Position numbers and translations under genes: made by a program. DNA of 64,000 bases, taken from Phoronis australis (Eukaryota; Animalia; Phoronida). The DNA lies in contig NMRA01000723.1 in the NCBI GenBank assembly GCA_002633005.1, positions 1 through 64,000 of the forward strand, in the 5' to 3' direction. The notes below the pieces were generated by a model that had not been told where the DNA came from, made no database searches, and saw only the letters and a program-made list of their open reading frames with translations. Within the stretch, counting starts at the first letter, position 1; each line of letters starts with the position of its first letter. Shown here piece by piece: positions 11,619 to 26,500 of this stretch.

Positions 11619-14545
11619 TTAAGCATGACGACATTGTGAAATTTGATGTCGCATGTCATTATCAGATGCCAAAATACTCAAAACTCAACGCAAAATCATT
11701 ATTTTTCAAAGCAATCAATATTTTCGAAAACATCTTTAAGCCTGGTGTGCACCCCATTTGTTGGCCACATCACGTGACCTAATGAAGATAAGTCTGAAAA
11801 GATTTCTGATCTGACTGGAACTCGAACCATGGACATTGCTAACCTCGGCTCGCTGACACTCTTATACGCGAAGTCAACGGGACAAATGGTCGATCACTGA
11901 AATTTAATCAGATTTAGTAGTGGACAATCGCCCTTAAACTCATGAGTGTGTATGAAATAAGTAAATCTAAAACCGGCGTGGAAATACAGATCGCCAACAT
12001 TTTTAGTGTGGTCTGCATGCCACCTGATGGCCACATCGCATGACTTAAGAATCTTGGAGACGCTATTTTGAAAACTTGAGGAGGATTTCAGGTAATTTGT
12101 TGAGTAGAAGCTGTATTCTTATTCAAGAATTCAAGCCTCATCGACGATTGCGAGACCAGCAGCTACGCATTTGTCGGCGAGATTTCGCCCTGGGATTTCA
12201 ATGAGCACAATTTTCTGAAAAATTATCGTAATTTGACAACGAATTTTGATAGCAATGCACCACAATTTTGTAGAAAGCAAATAATAATATTCTGCACGCT
12301 TTATCTTAGCGCGTTAATGCATATAGTGTGCGTACGTTAAGTGAGTTGACCCAGAACAGGTAATTGTGTAGAGGCATTATCCTCAAAATTGCTCATGTTG
12401 GCTTGCTTCTGGTCAAGCGAAAACAATTTTTTTTTTCACTACCATCCGCCGTGGAGTATTTGTTACTGTTTCTTTCAAGGGAAATATTGTTGGGCAGTTT
12501 CCAAGATACGTTTTCTTGCCGCCCTCAAAATGAGCGCTGCATACTTTATGCTACGAAGTCGGAAAGAATTCACTAAGTCGGCCTTTGCTACCAGCTTTAC
12601 CAATGTGTCTGACCCATGTTTAGCGCAGTTCTTGATCCTTGGGAAACAGGTAGTAACTAAATTTTTTATCTCGCTAACTGGTATTATAGCAGCCAGGCAC
12701 ACAACACGTATAACCTCCATGTGGCCGGTTCGCCCCCAAGCTTGCCGGCGTACTTGTTTACCGGCTTAACCACAATGCAACATACTGACCCATTCCCAAT
12801 ATGGCGGCGTTGCAACTCCGAGGTCGTGTGAGCTCATGCTAATTCAGTGTTTGCTGACAGAAACTGTTGTGAAACAACTCGACTTCTATCCTACGGCCAG
12901 GTGTTAGGGGACTCTTTATTTACATTTACATTATTCAAATAATGATTGTCATTGTACAACTTCTACCCTGACGGTTTTGTTGCCAAAGCGGAACCTGAAT
13001 TCGCGGACCCCCGATCGAGTAAGTAGATTTGCAGTTTCGTGGCTACGTGCACATTAGTCTTTGGCTCACTAGTATAGTAGTTCCTTGACTGGAAGCTTAG
13101 TTCCCAACTTTGGCTGGTTTATGTTCGTGATATCTTCAGTCCCGCTGGCCGCGACGGGCCTGATCGGTTTCCGAGCCAGTCATTTGGCTGGCCGGGATAA
13201 CGAGTCAGTCCGGCTGTGACTGGCCTGATCGGGCTCCGAGCCACTGGCCAGGAGAACAAGCGTTTTGTGTGTTTAGAACGCAAAAAATCACAAGTCTAAG
13301 CAACACAAATCTAGGTTCTCCTTTCTGTATCTCACGGAAAAATACTTCAAATTTATCTCCGAACAGACCCCGAACTCCTGCTACGGGCCTTGCCTGCCAA
13401 ACTCTGTAGACTACCGGTGTGTCTTAGTACCAAATAAATCCGTAACAGCGAAATAAAACAACACGTTTTTATAAGAACTCGGTGTATTTTTAAGGGTTTT
13501 ACATCGAGGTTTGATGATTTATTGGTGTTAAACGATGAATTCAAGCGATAAGCTGACACCAGTAGCCCGTGTTGTGAACTGTTGAAAAGACTGAGTGTGA
13601 AACCGATGACGTCATTGGATAATTTCAACACCTCCGGCTGCCGTCAGGTGTCAGGTAACGCATCCGTACGTGCCGTTATCGAGTAGAACAACTCGATCTA
13701 AATTCATACAAATTAGGTTGTTTTTTGGGTGGCATGCTCCTTTAATGAACATAAGTCTGAAAAGATTTCTGCCGGTATTCGACCGTGGGGTCTTCTGTTA
13801 ACCGCACAAACACTCTAGTCCAATAAAAGCCATTCGTATATTGTCAAATGATCTTTGGTTTGACATAAAAAATCCCATTCAAAAGTTTTATATTTTAGTC
13901 AATGTCGTAAAACAGTCGACTATTTTACGTCTTTTTGTCAAACTTGTCGAACCCCCAAGTGATTTTAAACAGTTATACCACGGTAATACGATTTCCCGCT
14001 CACAAATGTAAAGCGCACTTTCGATTGCATCAGTCTACACAGATATCAAGCTGAGGTAATTCAAGATTCAAAACGCAGGAAAACTATGCGCACTGTTTTC
14101 GGTCAGTGTGTAATAGTTGTCAGTACAACAGCTAACAACATTTGAGGTGGTAATCGAACCCTTATTGCGGGAATGGAACAATACCGATAACAGTGAAACG
14201 TTTACCACGCACATTAATTGGTAACAAAATTCTTACTACGCACAAGTTCTTGTCACTTACAATTTTAATACAATTACAAGAAGTCCCGTTATACGTCACG
14301 GATTGGCGCGTCAGTGTCAGTGTCAATTAGGGTTCAGTTTTTTGGGAACGATAGGGTTTTTTTGCGGTTTGTGGCAAGTGTTTGTGGAGAACGGTGACAA
14401 ATTAGGAATCCCCGTGGGAGATTATAATTTCGGTGTCACGGCTATGTGCCGTCCACGGTAAGACAATACGGAATACTCGACATCCTGTTGCAATAATTTT
14501 ATTTGCTGTTCTCAGTATATTGTCGTGGTTATAAAAGAAATTAGT

Positions 14546-17500
14546 CTACTTCCCAATGTAATTTTGTCCGCACCTCACCTTGGGGCAACATTGTCCGGGA
14601 ACATTGATGTACTTGCAGTCGGGGCCAAGGTTCCATTTAGGACACCTGTGAAATATAATCACAACATTTTAATGTGGCATTTCTGGAGCGTTACAAGGTC
14701 TTGTGGTATATTGAAGATGCATTTTGCCCGGTTCAGCAGCCACTTTAAAAAACGTTTTGCTTTGTTATCCGAACAGCAAAAAACAAAGGTTGATCTGTGA
14801 CTTACGAACGGGAAATGAACACTGCTGTGTCACGTGACTGGCCTATTTTTGAATGTATCTTTACCGGCCTGCGCGCCATTTTCGAATTTCATGGTCAACC
14901 AATCCCAATAAAATGGGCAAATTTTCCGATGCCTTTCTTAAGCTGCTGAGGGTTTGTACGTTTTCCTTAGGTAAACAAATTTTGAGACCAATTTTATGAG
15001 AAAAACGGCATAAGTCGATCTTCGATGTTAGCCAGCTAAACAGCTGGGCGAAGAGCAGCTACACTCCGACTTCTCAAAGATGTCCAAGATAGCCTTACTG
15101 AAAGTGAAATGTAAATAGGCTTACAATTTGGCCATGCCCTTGCAATTTGAGGTATGACATGTAAAACCAAAACAGACCTATTCACGAGGTTAAAAATGCT
15201 TTACTTCTGCCTAATATTATCTTTTCTTTTATGGTAACCACGTCCACGAGCTCTTGCATCCTCACTACATGTGGCCACACGAATACAGCAACGGCCCCAG
15301 GCCAGGGCCAGCCCATCCACTGGGTGAAATAAGCTTGGAGACTGCTTAGGACCTCTCGGGGACAGGGGGTCTCCCACTACTAATTGATGAACGGAGTTTG
15401 TATTGATGGGGCCCTAATTAATGTTTAATTAGCGCTCAACATGAAGGTGAGGACTGGCCCTGTTTTGAGTTGCAATTTCGATACAAAATCACAGCACAAA
15501 CAGACAAAACATCAATGAGTTTAATCAGGATCTTCGAGGCAATGATAATTGAAAACAAGCTGTCTTTAAGATGTAGTAGCTGTTTAGCACATTCGTGGTA
15601 CTTAGTCTCGCTGCCAACCTTAGAGAAAAGGAGGCCATGCGCTCACACTTTTGCCACACTAAGCTGCAATCCGATTTTAACGCGTTTATCAACATTTCAA
15701 ATTATACTTTATTTCTCCCATTTTTGTAATTTTTCTGAGACAAATATTTATTCTATTCGTCCTCAGTGTCTTGAATTGCGCTTTGTTCCTTTTTGGGTAA
15801 CCTTTATGATACAGAAATATAAAATGACTGTCCTGTGGACCAAAACAAAGTGTTGTACTCGAATGACATTGAAACTGTGATGATGACAACCCTGTCACGT
15901 TTATCGTCTGCTTTAAGTTTCGCCAGTTAAAATTGTAAACGCATAATTTTTATGTTGTCCTGATTTAAATACTTGTCTATTGACCAGACCAGATTCTTCA
16001 GACTCTAATAGAGGGTGGATGCGAGGCTAATTGTCTCTTAGTATAACACTTTACCTCTCTTTGCATAAATGATGGTTAATCCTGGAGTCAATGCACTTGC
16101 AAACCAACGAGCACCCATCGTTCCAAACCGCACCGTGTTTGTATATCTTTCCCTTGTATTCGCACACTGTAACAAAATCAACTGTGACCACGTTAAGTTT
16201 AATTAAACAGATTTTGAGAACTGAACTGGCAAACACACCATAACACGGAAAAGATCTTTCTGACACATACGCAACAAGTAGGCTTGGTCTATGTGTTAAA
16301 ATTGTGACCCCAAACTGCCATGTATGCAGCAACTTATTTTTAACATTCGACCAATACAACGTTGGAACTGTACTATTGCTCTACAATATCATGGCTAACT
16401 GGCGTCGATCAAATAACGACAAAATCCTTCAATCGCATTCGGACTTGTTGCTTACCTTTATTAGACTCTGTTACCGTTGATAAGGGCGTGGTGTTTTGAG
16501 AATCCCCTGAAAAATAACAAAAGATGGCGTATTTTAAAGCACTAGGTACCAGAGATCTTCTATAACCTAGTCTAGAAGATCTCTATTTTACCATCTCGAA
16601 CACGAGCATTTTCGTAGCCTCATTCCCTTCGGAGGTGAACTTTATCTGAGAGAATGTGTGAACTACGAGGCAACGAATCGTTCTCTAGTTTGAAAGTCAC
16701 GTGACTTGCCTTAAAACGGAAATCTGCAGGTGGCACAGACGAAAGATGACCACAAGAGCTACAACACCATTTGTGAAAAAACCCGCTACAAGACAGAAAC
16801 TAATCGCTTCAATCGGTTCGCCTGCCAGAGGAAAGCTTCGAGCAGATTGAAACTTTTCAGGATTAAGACGAGAGCCCAATTATCCTATCTGCGCAAAAGA
16901 ACAGGATAAATTACAACACTTGTTTTATGAAAAGCTCCCTCCCTCCCTCCCTCNCTAAATGTGTGTTGCACACAGCATTACCTTTGCAAAACTTGCAGCG
17001 TTTCCTACAGTTTGCCTCAGCCCATGAGGTGTAGTCCTTGTTAGTGCAGACGCTATCGTCGTACGCGTCACAGTTATCCAATTTGTCTTGACATAGCTTT
17101 GGAGGTTCGGGAAGGCCTGTAAGGTAAGAAAGAAGAAGCCACATTTATGACCATTTCATAAAAGTTTCAGACAACGGAACAACCTGCATGTGTTTGTAAT
17201 TTTGTCTTTTAAAGTTACAAAACAATTTTTTCAATAACATGATCACATTTAATTTAAAGTAAATGTTCAGGATGATATCCAGCAAAACACCGTTACAGCA
17301 TTCTAAAACATTACCCGTTTTCACTTGATGCAACTTCGGATTTGTTTCATGAAAATCCTAAAAACTGATAATTGATATCCGCTCATGCAAAAGTGGAACA
17401 TTTTAAAAACAATTTGTATTACAGTCTCAAAACGCAATGCATAAGACACAGTATATGAAAGTCTCAGTTGGATCTGATCAGCCATATCTTACAAGTCATG

Positions 17501-20500
17501 TGATATTCCAAATTAAACCAAATTTGAACAAATTTCTGGGGCTAAACAAGAACCTTAATCAGTCGATAAACTTGTTTTGTGTAGAAGAAACAAACTTGAA
17601 CACTTACTACTGTAATACTGGCTACATGGTCTATACTGTGATGAAAAGTGCTGCCAATTTGATAATTGTTAAGACCTTGATCGTCAAATAAAATGACACG
17701 CCGTTCCAAGCGACAACTTTTAGAACGGGTATCACGCAGTACAGGACTGTCAAAAGTCGCAACTATATTTTGACTAAGGAACAATTAAGACCAATTGGTT
17801 TAAATGAGAAGTTGTTTTGGCGGAATGTGAGTTTGTAGTAGCTACCAACTGAGCTACAACTTTAAGGCAGCACACAAACCAGGAGTCCGGTCACTGACGT
17901 AGCCATAGGAGACCCGCCTTGTAAACTACGTTTGGCAAATAGGTCGGCGACTAGATAGTGTTCCCACGTGAGGGAGGGCCGAAAAATCGAAAATTTTGAC
18001 GACCAGACGTAATTCAGGTTAATCTTAATCCGATACTTGAATTAACGACTTTGATACATACGCACCTTTACAAAATCCACAGAAATGCGGGCAATTCTTT
18101 CTTCCCCAGGGCTCATAATCTCCCCGGCAGCTATAATCGCCATAAGACTTGCAATTGGAAATCTTGTCAAAGCACACTGAAACGATTGAACGTGGTATTA
18201 AGGGGGTTGAACGTTTTAAGTTATTTTTGATTTTTTAAACTTTTCATATTTAGCATTATGGTGTCAATTTACTGGAAATCTGCAAAATAATTGGGGTTCA
18301 CCGAATTAAGTTTTTCCGATGCAGTCGCCTCTGGCAAAAATGTGAATTTACACGACTTGCTGAAAAGTCACCATCAATTAAATTTATATTTAAAATCCCC
18401 TTGAAAAGGAATTAATTTCATTGTCTGTTTTATGTTTTAAAGATGTAAATACATTTTCCGGTTTACTGCTCTTCTTGCGTCGGCGTAAAAGAACATTTTT
18501 TCTCGAGTTTGAATATCTTAGATTTTATCGTTTTGGTACCTACACAAAAAGTTACATCGTAACCTTTTTCGTTTTTGTTTTATTTTGATGTCTCTCGTGT
18601 TTTCCATGACATGAACAAAGTAGGGGATCACTGACTTCGTTTTGAGCTGTTTTAGAATGCGCAATGGTGACCTAGAAACCTCGCCAATTTCAATCAAAAT
18701 GACCCTCTGCATTTCGCTTGATGACGATTACGTTATGTTTTTTGGGGTTGCGAAATAAAATAAGTCCATATGCCCTATCTAAGACAAGAAGTTTCTTCTT
18801 TGATATATCCAAGTTTACAAGCGAGACACGTGATTTCACCAGCTTTACTCGTGAGTGTCTTGCGTCTACGGAACGAGCCCAAGTCATATGATGAGAATAT
18901 CGCCAGAGTTGAAAGGCAACAGACATGACAAAATAATAAAATTCCTGTTAGATAATGCAATCAGGATGTTTTCCAAATAATAAACCTATCAGTCTATATG
19001 CTAAGTTATTTTGGATACTAAAATCATGTTGCTGTATTTTGTGAAACGAAGTGACATTTGGTTTCCGAGTGTTTGCTCTGCAATTCTAAATGAAAAGTTT
19101 AGGCCCTTCTAACATGTGTGTTTACTTGACTTTAGAAAAACTACTCGCATTTGAATAGCTAAGTGCGTGTGCGTGTACACGTGAGTCTGTGCGTGTTTGC
19201 ATAAATTATTGCTGTTTTCAATTGTTTCTGTGCACTGTTTTCCTGTTACCCAGGTACATTTTTGTTGAATGTTATTACAGTGTAGTATTTACCTATACCA
19301 GTGACAAATTTAAAAAATGAAAAGTTTACCCTGTAAAAAATCCATTCCAATACTTTGTGTTGCTGGCAGCCTACATTGCACCTGTCAATTATCTCACTCT
19401 TGGCTGTCTTATGCAACTTTTTAATTGTTTACTCGTCATCCCGCCACACCCTCAAAACATCCCGCTTTTTGACACGGTGACACTGCGATGCCATCATATA
19501 TACCACTGTAATTTCCCCCTCGACATAGCACTATTTTCTCGTTCGACTAAAAAAAAACGGGACGTTTCATGGGTTTTTGAGGCACCCCGCAATTACCCTT
19601 TCAACTTAAAAACCAAAAGCCTCGTCAGGCGGTTTTGGGTGTTACGTATCCCATTCGACAAAAAATGCTGTTGGGATGTTTTTGTGTGTTGCGGCGAACC
19701 TTTGCGTTTTGGCTTAGACACAGATTTCCGTTTTTTTGTCCGGAAGGGTCGTTTTTCAATTCAGTTGTCCCGCTCTTTCATTCTCGAATATTGTCAACTA
19801 TGAAACAAGTGTTTATTTGTCTCTTGTCATCAATATTGTTATTTTCCATAGTCCACTATCTTCAGTAACATAACAATTGTAAAAATGAGCTCCAATGTCT
19901 CTTGTTTAGGTTAACACACACTGCATGTATCAAGCTCACTAATTTTTACTTTCTGAAGAAATAAGTTTATTTACAAACTACAGTGGAAAGTCCTACACTG
20001 TAACCTACGTAATGATCTATTCGCAGGACATTTGAAAACTACACAATAATGTTACTTTGCTCGTTTTTATCTATCAGACAGTCTATACCTGCAAATTTCA
20101 GATAGGTAGCTGGAGTAATTAGTTTATCACATTTTTGTAAATGTCACTGCATCCTGTATTTTTGTTGAGTAACTGTATCAATCTGCAGCAAAGGTCGAAT
20201 TAATACATAAAGATGTATAATTTTGGGTGAATGTCTGACTAAATTCTCCACAACAACTGTGAAGGATCCACTGATGATTATTAAGGAATTAAATTATTTA
20301 TCCTTTGCTTCTGCTGTAATCATGCACCATCAAAAATTGATGAAGGGCTTCCTAATGATATGACCACAATTTGGGTGAAGAATTACGGAACTGCAAAATT
20401 CTAGTTACAGTAACTTCCATAGCAATAACCAACAAAGGAATCCAAACACATGTCACTCGTGCGCGGTGCAACCTCAGCAGCGCGAGATGGAAGTTTGCAT

Positions 20501-23500
20501 CCCAGAGCCAGAGTTCTGTGGTTTGAAAAATGTTAATTAACTTCTGGACAGACCAGAGCATCTACTTAATGAATTCCCAGGAACTAAAGATCTCGCCACA
20601 TCCGGCGCTGTTTCGTTGTTTTAGATTGATTCATAACATATCCTTGTGACAGTTTTTAGCTGTGATTATTATTGTCTGGATCATTGTGATATTTATTATG
20701 GAAAATGAAATGAACTCGTCTGTCTACTTACGTTCAGGCGGGATGGTGGTCGTAGTCGGTGGTGGGGTTGGTGTAGTTGGAGGTTCCGTCGGACCTAAAA
20801 CGGCGTGAAACAGATTAACATTTTGAGTGAGCATTATCGGTTTTAAGGCCTAAAACACATTTTCGAGGTCATTGTTGAGTGGTTCAGACTTCTTGAAGTA
20901 AAGTCATCAGCGTTGTGTTTTTATGATTTTGTTAGAAAAAGCAGATTTCCTACGTCGGCTTCCAAGCATTCTGTAAAACTAACCAAAAACAGAACCGATG
21001 GCAGCATCAGTTAAAAACGCTTCATAGCGTTTTCAATTGACAAAAGATTACTATGTAGGACCTTAAAATGTTTAAATTTGTAAACTACAAAAATGGCTTA
21101 TCGGATTATGTGAATCTTTCGCATACCATGCTTTCACATACCGTACTTTCACATACCGTGCTGCATTGTTCTGCAAGACGTTATTAGAAATTGTTTTAAA
21201 ATGTGTTTCACTTTTCCGCAAAGTGCTGTAAAAATGGAGCTTTTATGACCATTATGAAAAAATCAAATATTGCTTTAAGTGAATTTATATAGATTATTAC
21301 ATGGCGAAGTCGTTATCCCCCGTTATCTAGAGTCCGAGTGGATTTTGGAGAATTATCGCCCGAGGGGCGTTAGCCCCGAGGGTGATAATTCTACAAAATC
21401 CACGAGGGCTCTAGATAAGGGGGATAACGACTGAGAACATCTAATAATCTATTTATACCACATACTGGACGAAAAACATTGCAATGAATCGATCTACTTT
21501 TCTCGACTTGCCTCGGCTTTGTAACTACTTCCTACGTCAGAGGCCCGGGGTCGGAGGTCATGACCTTTTAGGAAAAGCCGAGCTATTTTTGTCAAATAAT
21601 GCTTTTACTCAAAACCAATTGAAAAATAAAAAATAGAAATAAAGTGAATCTATAAATTAAAGTTTAACAACTATTATAGCTTACTACACATTTTATCACG
21701 CTAAGCTTGGACCGGGAAAATATCGTCTGCTAAAGTAGGTTACCTTTAGTAACTGCTCAAGTCAAAGGATCCCGACGACACGATACCCGCATTCAAATTG
21801 GAGATCCGTGATTTACAAGTGAGAGAACACGAGAGAAAAATTTCACTGAATTAAAATATCGTTTTTATGGAAATTATGCGTCCTATTTTTCATAGCGTGT
21901 AAATGTCGGTGCAATGCACTTTGCTGAACATGCGATTATTGCGCGTGCTCATTTAAAGTCCTGGTCTCACACGTTGTTAACCCTTATTACATGGTTAGAG
22001 GATGTTATAAGGATCCACGAAGTACTTACCCCATAACTAATACAAGATCCGTACTCGAAAAAAGTTAAGGAACGCGCCAATCATGATTCGCACCCGAAGA
22101 ACCACCGCCATTTTGAACTTACCACGAACCCGGAAGTACAATTCATTCAGGAACCAAGAAAACGCCGTCCATGTGAATGGACGAGTGCCTGTTACCGGCT
22201 GGCAAATGAGGATAAAATAATCGACAGCGCGCCTTCATTTTAATGAAATCAAAATACGGACAATTTTATCGAATTTGCTGAAGAGATGTGGCGAATGAAT
22301 TTTGACAGAATTAGTATTTTGCCGGACTCGGGATCGCAGCCTATCGGACCCGGTGCGGATCGAGACCAGACACTGGCGAACGGTAAAGGCATGCGGTTGA
22401 AAGCTGTTTTGTAGAAGTAAAATGTTCAAATTATAAATGCAGTATACATTCAAAGGTAGTTCCAGACACTTGCATAAAATTACGAGCTGGTTAGTCCCGT
22501 GTCACACTGCCGCGGCAGCCCTTAGCTCATTAGCCTCAGTGCCAGCTACCAGTATGAAGACTAATTACAGCTTGTTCGTAGGCCTATACAGCTTTGCGTC
22601 AAGGCTACCCTTAGGCCTACCTGGTCGCTGGACACAGCGCTCGCTCAAACGAGGCTTATTTAGAACTTGGGTACTTCTGGCGAACTGTGCAAAGTTGTTG
22701 GCTTTCAACAGAGATTTTCCCATACTTTGTATGAGCGCACCAACTGAAGACTAAAAAATGGGGGCTGGAATTTTTGGGAATGTCTATCTCTTACTATAAG
22801 AGTTACTGGATATGTTCAGAGCTATGAACTGCAGACGCTAAGTTTTGGTACTTCCTGTCTTCAAGTGGAATATTGTCTCGTTTTATACTTTTTTCGGAGC
22901 TCATGCTTCTCTGACTGAGGCAGACCTTTTTCCATTTCTCCAAATAAGGGGCTCGTTCGAGCACATAAGTATGACAAGTCCAATACAAAATGTTATCATT
23001 TTTTATTCATTAAGCCAAAATGATTCAACCTTTTAACATAATAAGTAACTTAAAATGTACAATACTTTACAACATTTAGCATTACAAACACTATTCAACA
23101 GCAACAGTTTCGATGATATGAAAGTGGACATACATGTAACTATAACCACGGTGACCGAATAGTGTTTCCTTACAACAGAATTTGACAAGCATGATTAAAA
23201 CAAATATGAAGTTGCAAGGAACAAGAATTGGAAGCTTGAAGCTTCACAATCCAACATAGCTTATTTCTCAAATTAAGATTTTTCATATTGTTGACTTGAT
23301 AACCTGAATTAAAACATGACGTGAAAGCAATTGAGAGTTAAAATCTAGAAAAATATGAATCATTTTGTGACACCTAATCAAGCCTTGAACAGCAGTTGAT
23401 AGTCAAATAAAAAACCATTTCAAAATTATTTCAACTATTTTTCTGGCTTAGTGTAAGATCACCTGAAGGGGACATTCACAGTAAAATAATTAGAATACAT

Positions 23501-26500
23501 CTTATATTTTTGCACCAAAAACACGAAAATTGAACAAAGTTCCTTTTTTGTAGCAACGTTTGTCAAAATGTATCAACGTTAAATCTTCACAAATTACAAA
23601 GTAACAGGTTGAACATGCCTTCCAGTTCAGCAAAAGTCGCCATGTTGTCAGCTCAACGGGAATTGTGAGCAGATTTATCACCTAATGAGTAACAACTGCG
23701 AGGCTGAAATTTGGTGAACACTGTTGAATCGTGTAGAATAGTAAGTAAAGATATGTCTCACTAAATTTCACCTTAAATTGTAGGCGAAAACAATTTACAC
23801 GAAGTTCTAAACTCGTAACTTATCCCGCTGTCCTCCAATATGGCCGACGCGCGATCCAAAGTCGTGACCCAAACTTCGCCACTATAACTTTACACTGCTT
23901 GCCCCAATTTTGATACTTTTTCGACTTTTACTGAGTAGAATGCACTACCTTATAGCAAAGTACTTTTTCAAAACGAGAAAAAAAATCAAAACGAAAAAAA
24001 TTGGTTCGACTCACATGGTTCCTAGGTACGACCTACGTAAGGAACTAAACAGCAATGCTATATTAACATAATAAGTACGCGTAACATTCCAAAAAGTTCA
24101 ACGATCACTAACTACAAACTGTAAATACACTACATATGCAAACGAATCACGAGATATTACTAATAAAACGAAATAATGAAGACTTTTCGAGCAAGTGATA
24201 GCACATTCAGTTACAAGGAAAAAATGGCGGCGTTCAGGACAAGTTCCTGAACTGATGAGCCGGAAATGTGGGTACGAAAATAACCGATGACAGCCGGTAA
24301 TTATACGCTCACAGAGAAGGGTCAAATACTGTTAAAAAATCGCTCATGGCAAGAACGGCGAAAAGAATATAAAGAAAGGGTGTCGAAAATAATATTTTAT
24401 TTAGTAAGTATTTTCGGATACTGGAACCACATGGGCATTTTAAGACCAGGACTTTAAGTATTCTATTTTCACGTTTGATGACGTCAGACGCTGAGTGGTG
24501 TAGTGATAAAGTCGGCGACTCGCAACTCTTGAGGCCCGGGTTTGAATCCGGCCTCAGTTTCCCGCCAAAGTGTTATCTCACTTGTGAGATAACTTTATGG
24601 GTTATTACACGGTTGTATCTGCCATTCGAGGCTACTATTGTCGTATAAAAATGATATTTTAAATAACTGTAACGGCGATTTTGATATTTCGTCTTTAGAT
24701 ATTTTTATCAAATAAAATTAATTTTTGCTATTTTTTTCTGAAAGAATTGGTCACGTGGCTCAATTAATGGTATAATGGTGTCAAAATGAAAAACAAAATT
24801 TTCGGGCTTTCTACATTCAGAAAATATGCATACATACTTTTACATAGCTAATTTATATAGTTCTCTAGATATTAAACTAAATGCGCAGACTTGTCGATAT
24901 GGTCCTACATAACCTTAAATTGCTTGGATAAATGTGACACTGGCTTTTAGCTCTATTAACGAAGTGTTCAAGTGCGGCCGCTGGGTTTGTAGGCTCGAAA
25001 TCGTCTTGGTGCTGATCTCATATACGCAAAAATGTTGCTGATGATATCAGTTCAAGTGTAAAAGTTACATTATCGTTGAGAAAAGTGTATTTCTGAGAAC
25101 AGCCGAATGAGTTAAATCTCACTCGTATTGAACTAGTAGTCACAGGCCTTGATTTCAGCGAATGTGTAGCAAACAACGTTGATTTGCAATAGAATCACAA
25201 AAACACAACTGAGTTTATTGTTTTGTTGCACCGGTCAAAGCTATTAACTTCAAAATGTTATATCATCCAACAACGATTGCAAAAATGCTATTTGGGACGT
25301 GTGTCTTTAAACTTTTTCTTCGTATCATTCGAATGTTTTTAATGTTTCTTTGTTGCCATCAAAACATACATTTAAAGTATTTTCAACTTAAATGGTGTTA
25401 AAATGCTTTAAAAATGAAACACTGAGACTTTTTTGCTAACTCGATACTACGTCAGCGTCTATATTTTTTGTTTTTAATCTAAGTATGCCACATGTAAGAT
25501 AGCCAGTAACTCACGTCATTTTGATAAAATGTGAAGATATTCCCAGTGCCACCGTCACTTATCAACTTGTTCTAAGTATGGTGATAACAACAGATTCGAG
25601 AACGTGGTCGAATATAAATGAAGATAAGTGCACCAAGGGAAGGGCTTAAATTTCCTTTTTTGAAGGATTTTAGTGACTAAATAAATTCCCCTTCTAAAAC
25701 TTCGAGCTTTGAGCACAACATTGAGCACCATGACGAACTGCAGTCCACTTTTTGTAGAAAAACTAATTCTATCCCGTTATCAGCTGGTTACGCCAATCCA
25801 AAGACTTTTTGAAGTAACTAACCTAAGCATGTGATGACACTAGCTTTGCTCGCAAGATTCTTGCATTTACGGAACTTAGCCCTGATCTAACTCATATTGC
25901 AATCGCATTACCTGTGTAAACGCAAAATCCACACCAGCGCCTGCAGTTGTCCTGAGCCCATCCGCTGTAGGCGTCACTGGTGCATACGGAGGCGTCAAAC
26001 GAATTGCAGTTGTCAATCTTGTCTTCGCATGGGGGCGCTGGGGTAGTGGGGCCTAAATATTTCGTGTTTCAGTTTCAGATTAAATCATAGTATGATGGCA
26101 AGCTCACCAGCATAAGCTATCTTAGGAGTATATACATTTGGCATTTTCTCGAAACACGTGTAAAAATCTCAATTTTGCTCTTTATTTCAAACGTTATAAT
26201 AAAGTTTTCAAAATTTACTGCAATTCACAGAATCGTGATTATTCCTGGAGAATAATAATTTGCACGGCTATAAAGTTCTTACACACTTCGTGAACGTGTA
26301 ATGTCCAACCATGCACCATAGAGTTACATTATTGAGTTCCTATGGTTTAACAATACAATAGTCGACATGATGCGCTAAATTGCGCACTTAAGCTACAGAG
26401 CTAACAGAAAAAAGGGAGAAGCACTTACCAACACAGAAGTTGCAGTAATTGGGACAATTGGTAGTTGCCCACGGTTTGTAAGATTCACTGGTACACACGT

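Noticed and set aside
24490-24558. Possible tRNA gene
   Set aside because: Anticodon and D arms do not pair and the B box is mutated (GTTTGA); treated as a tRNA-derived repeat.
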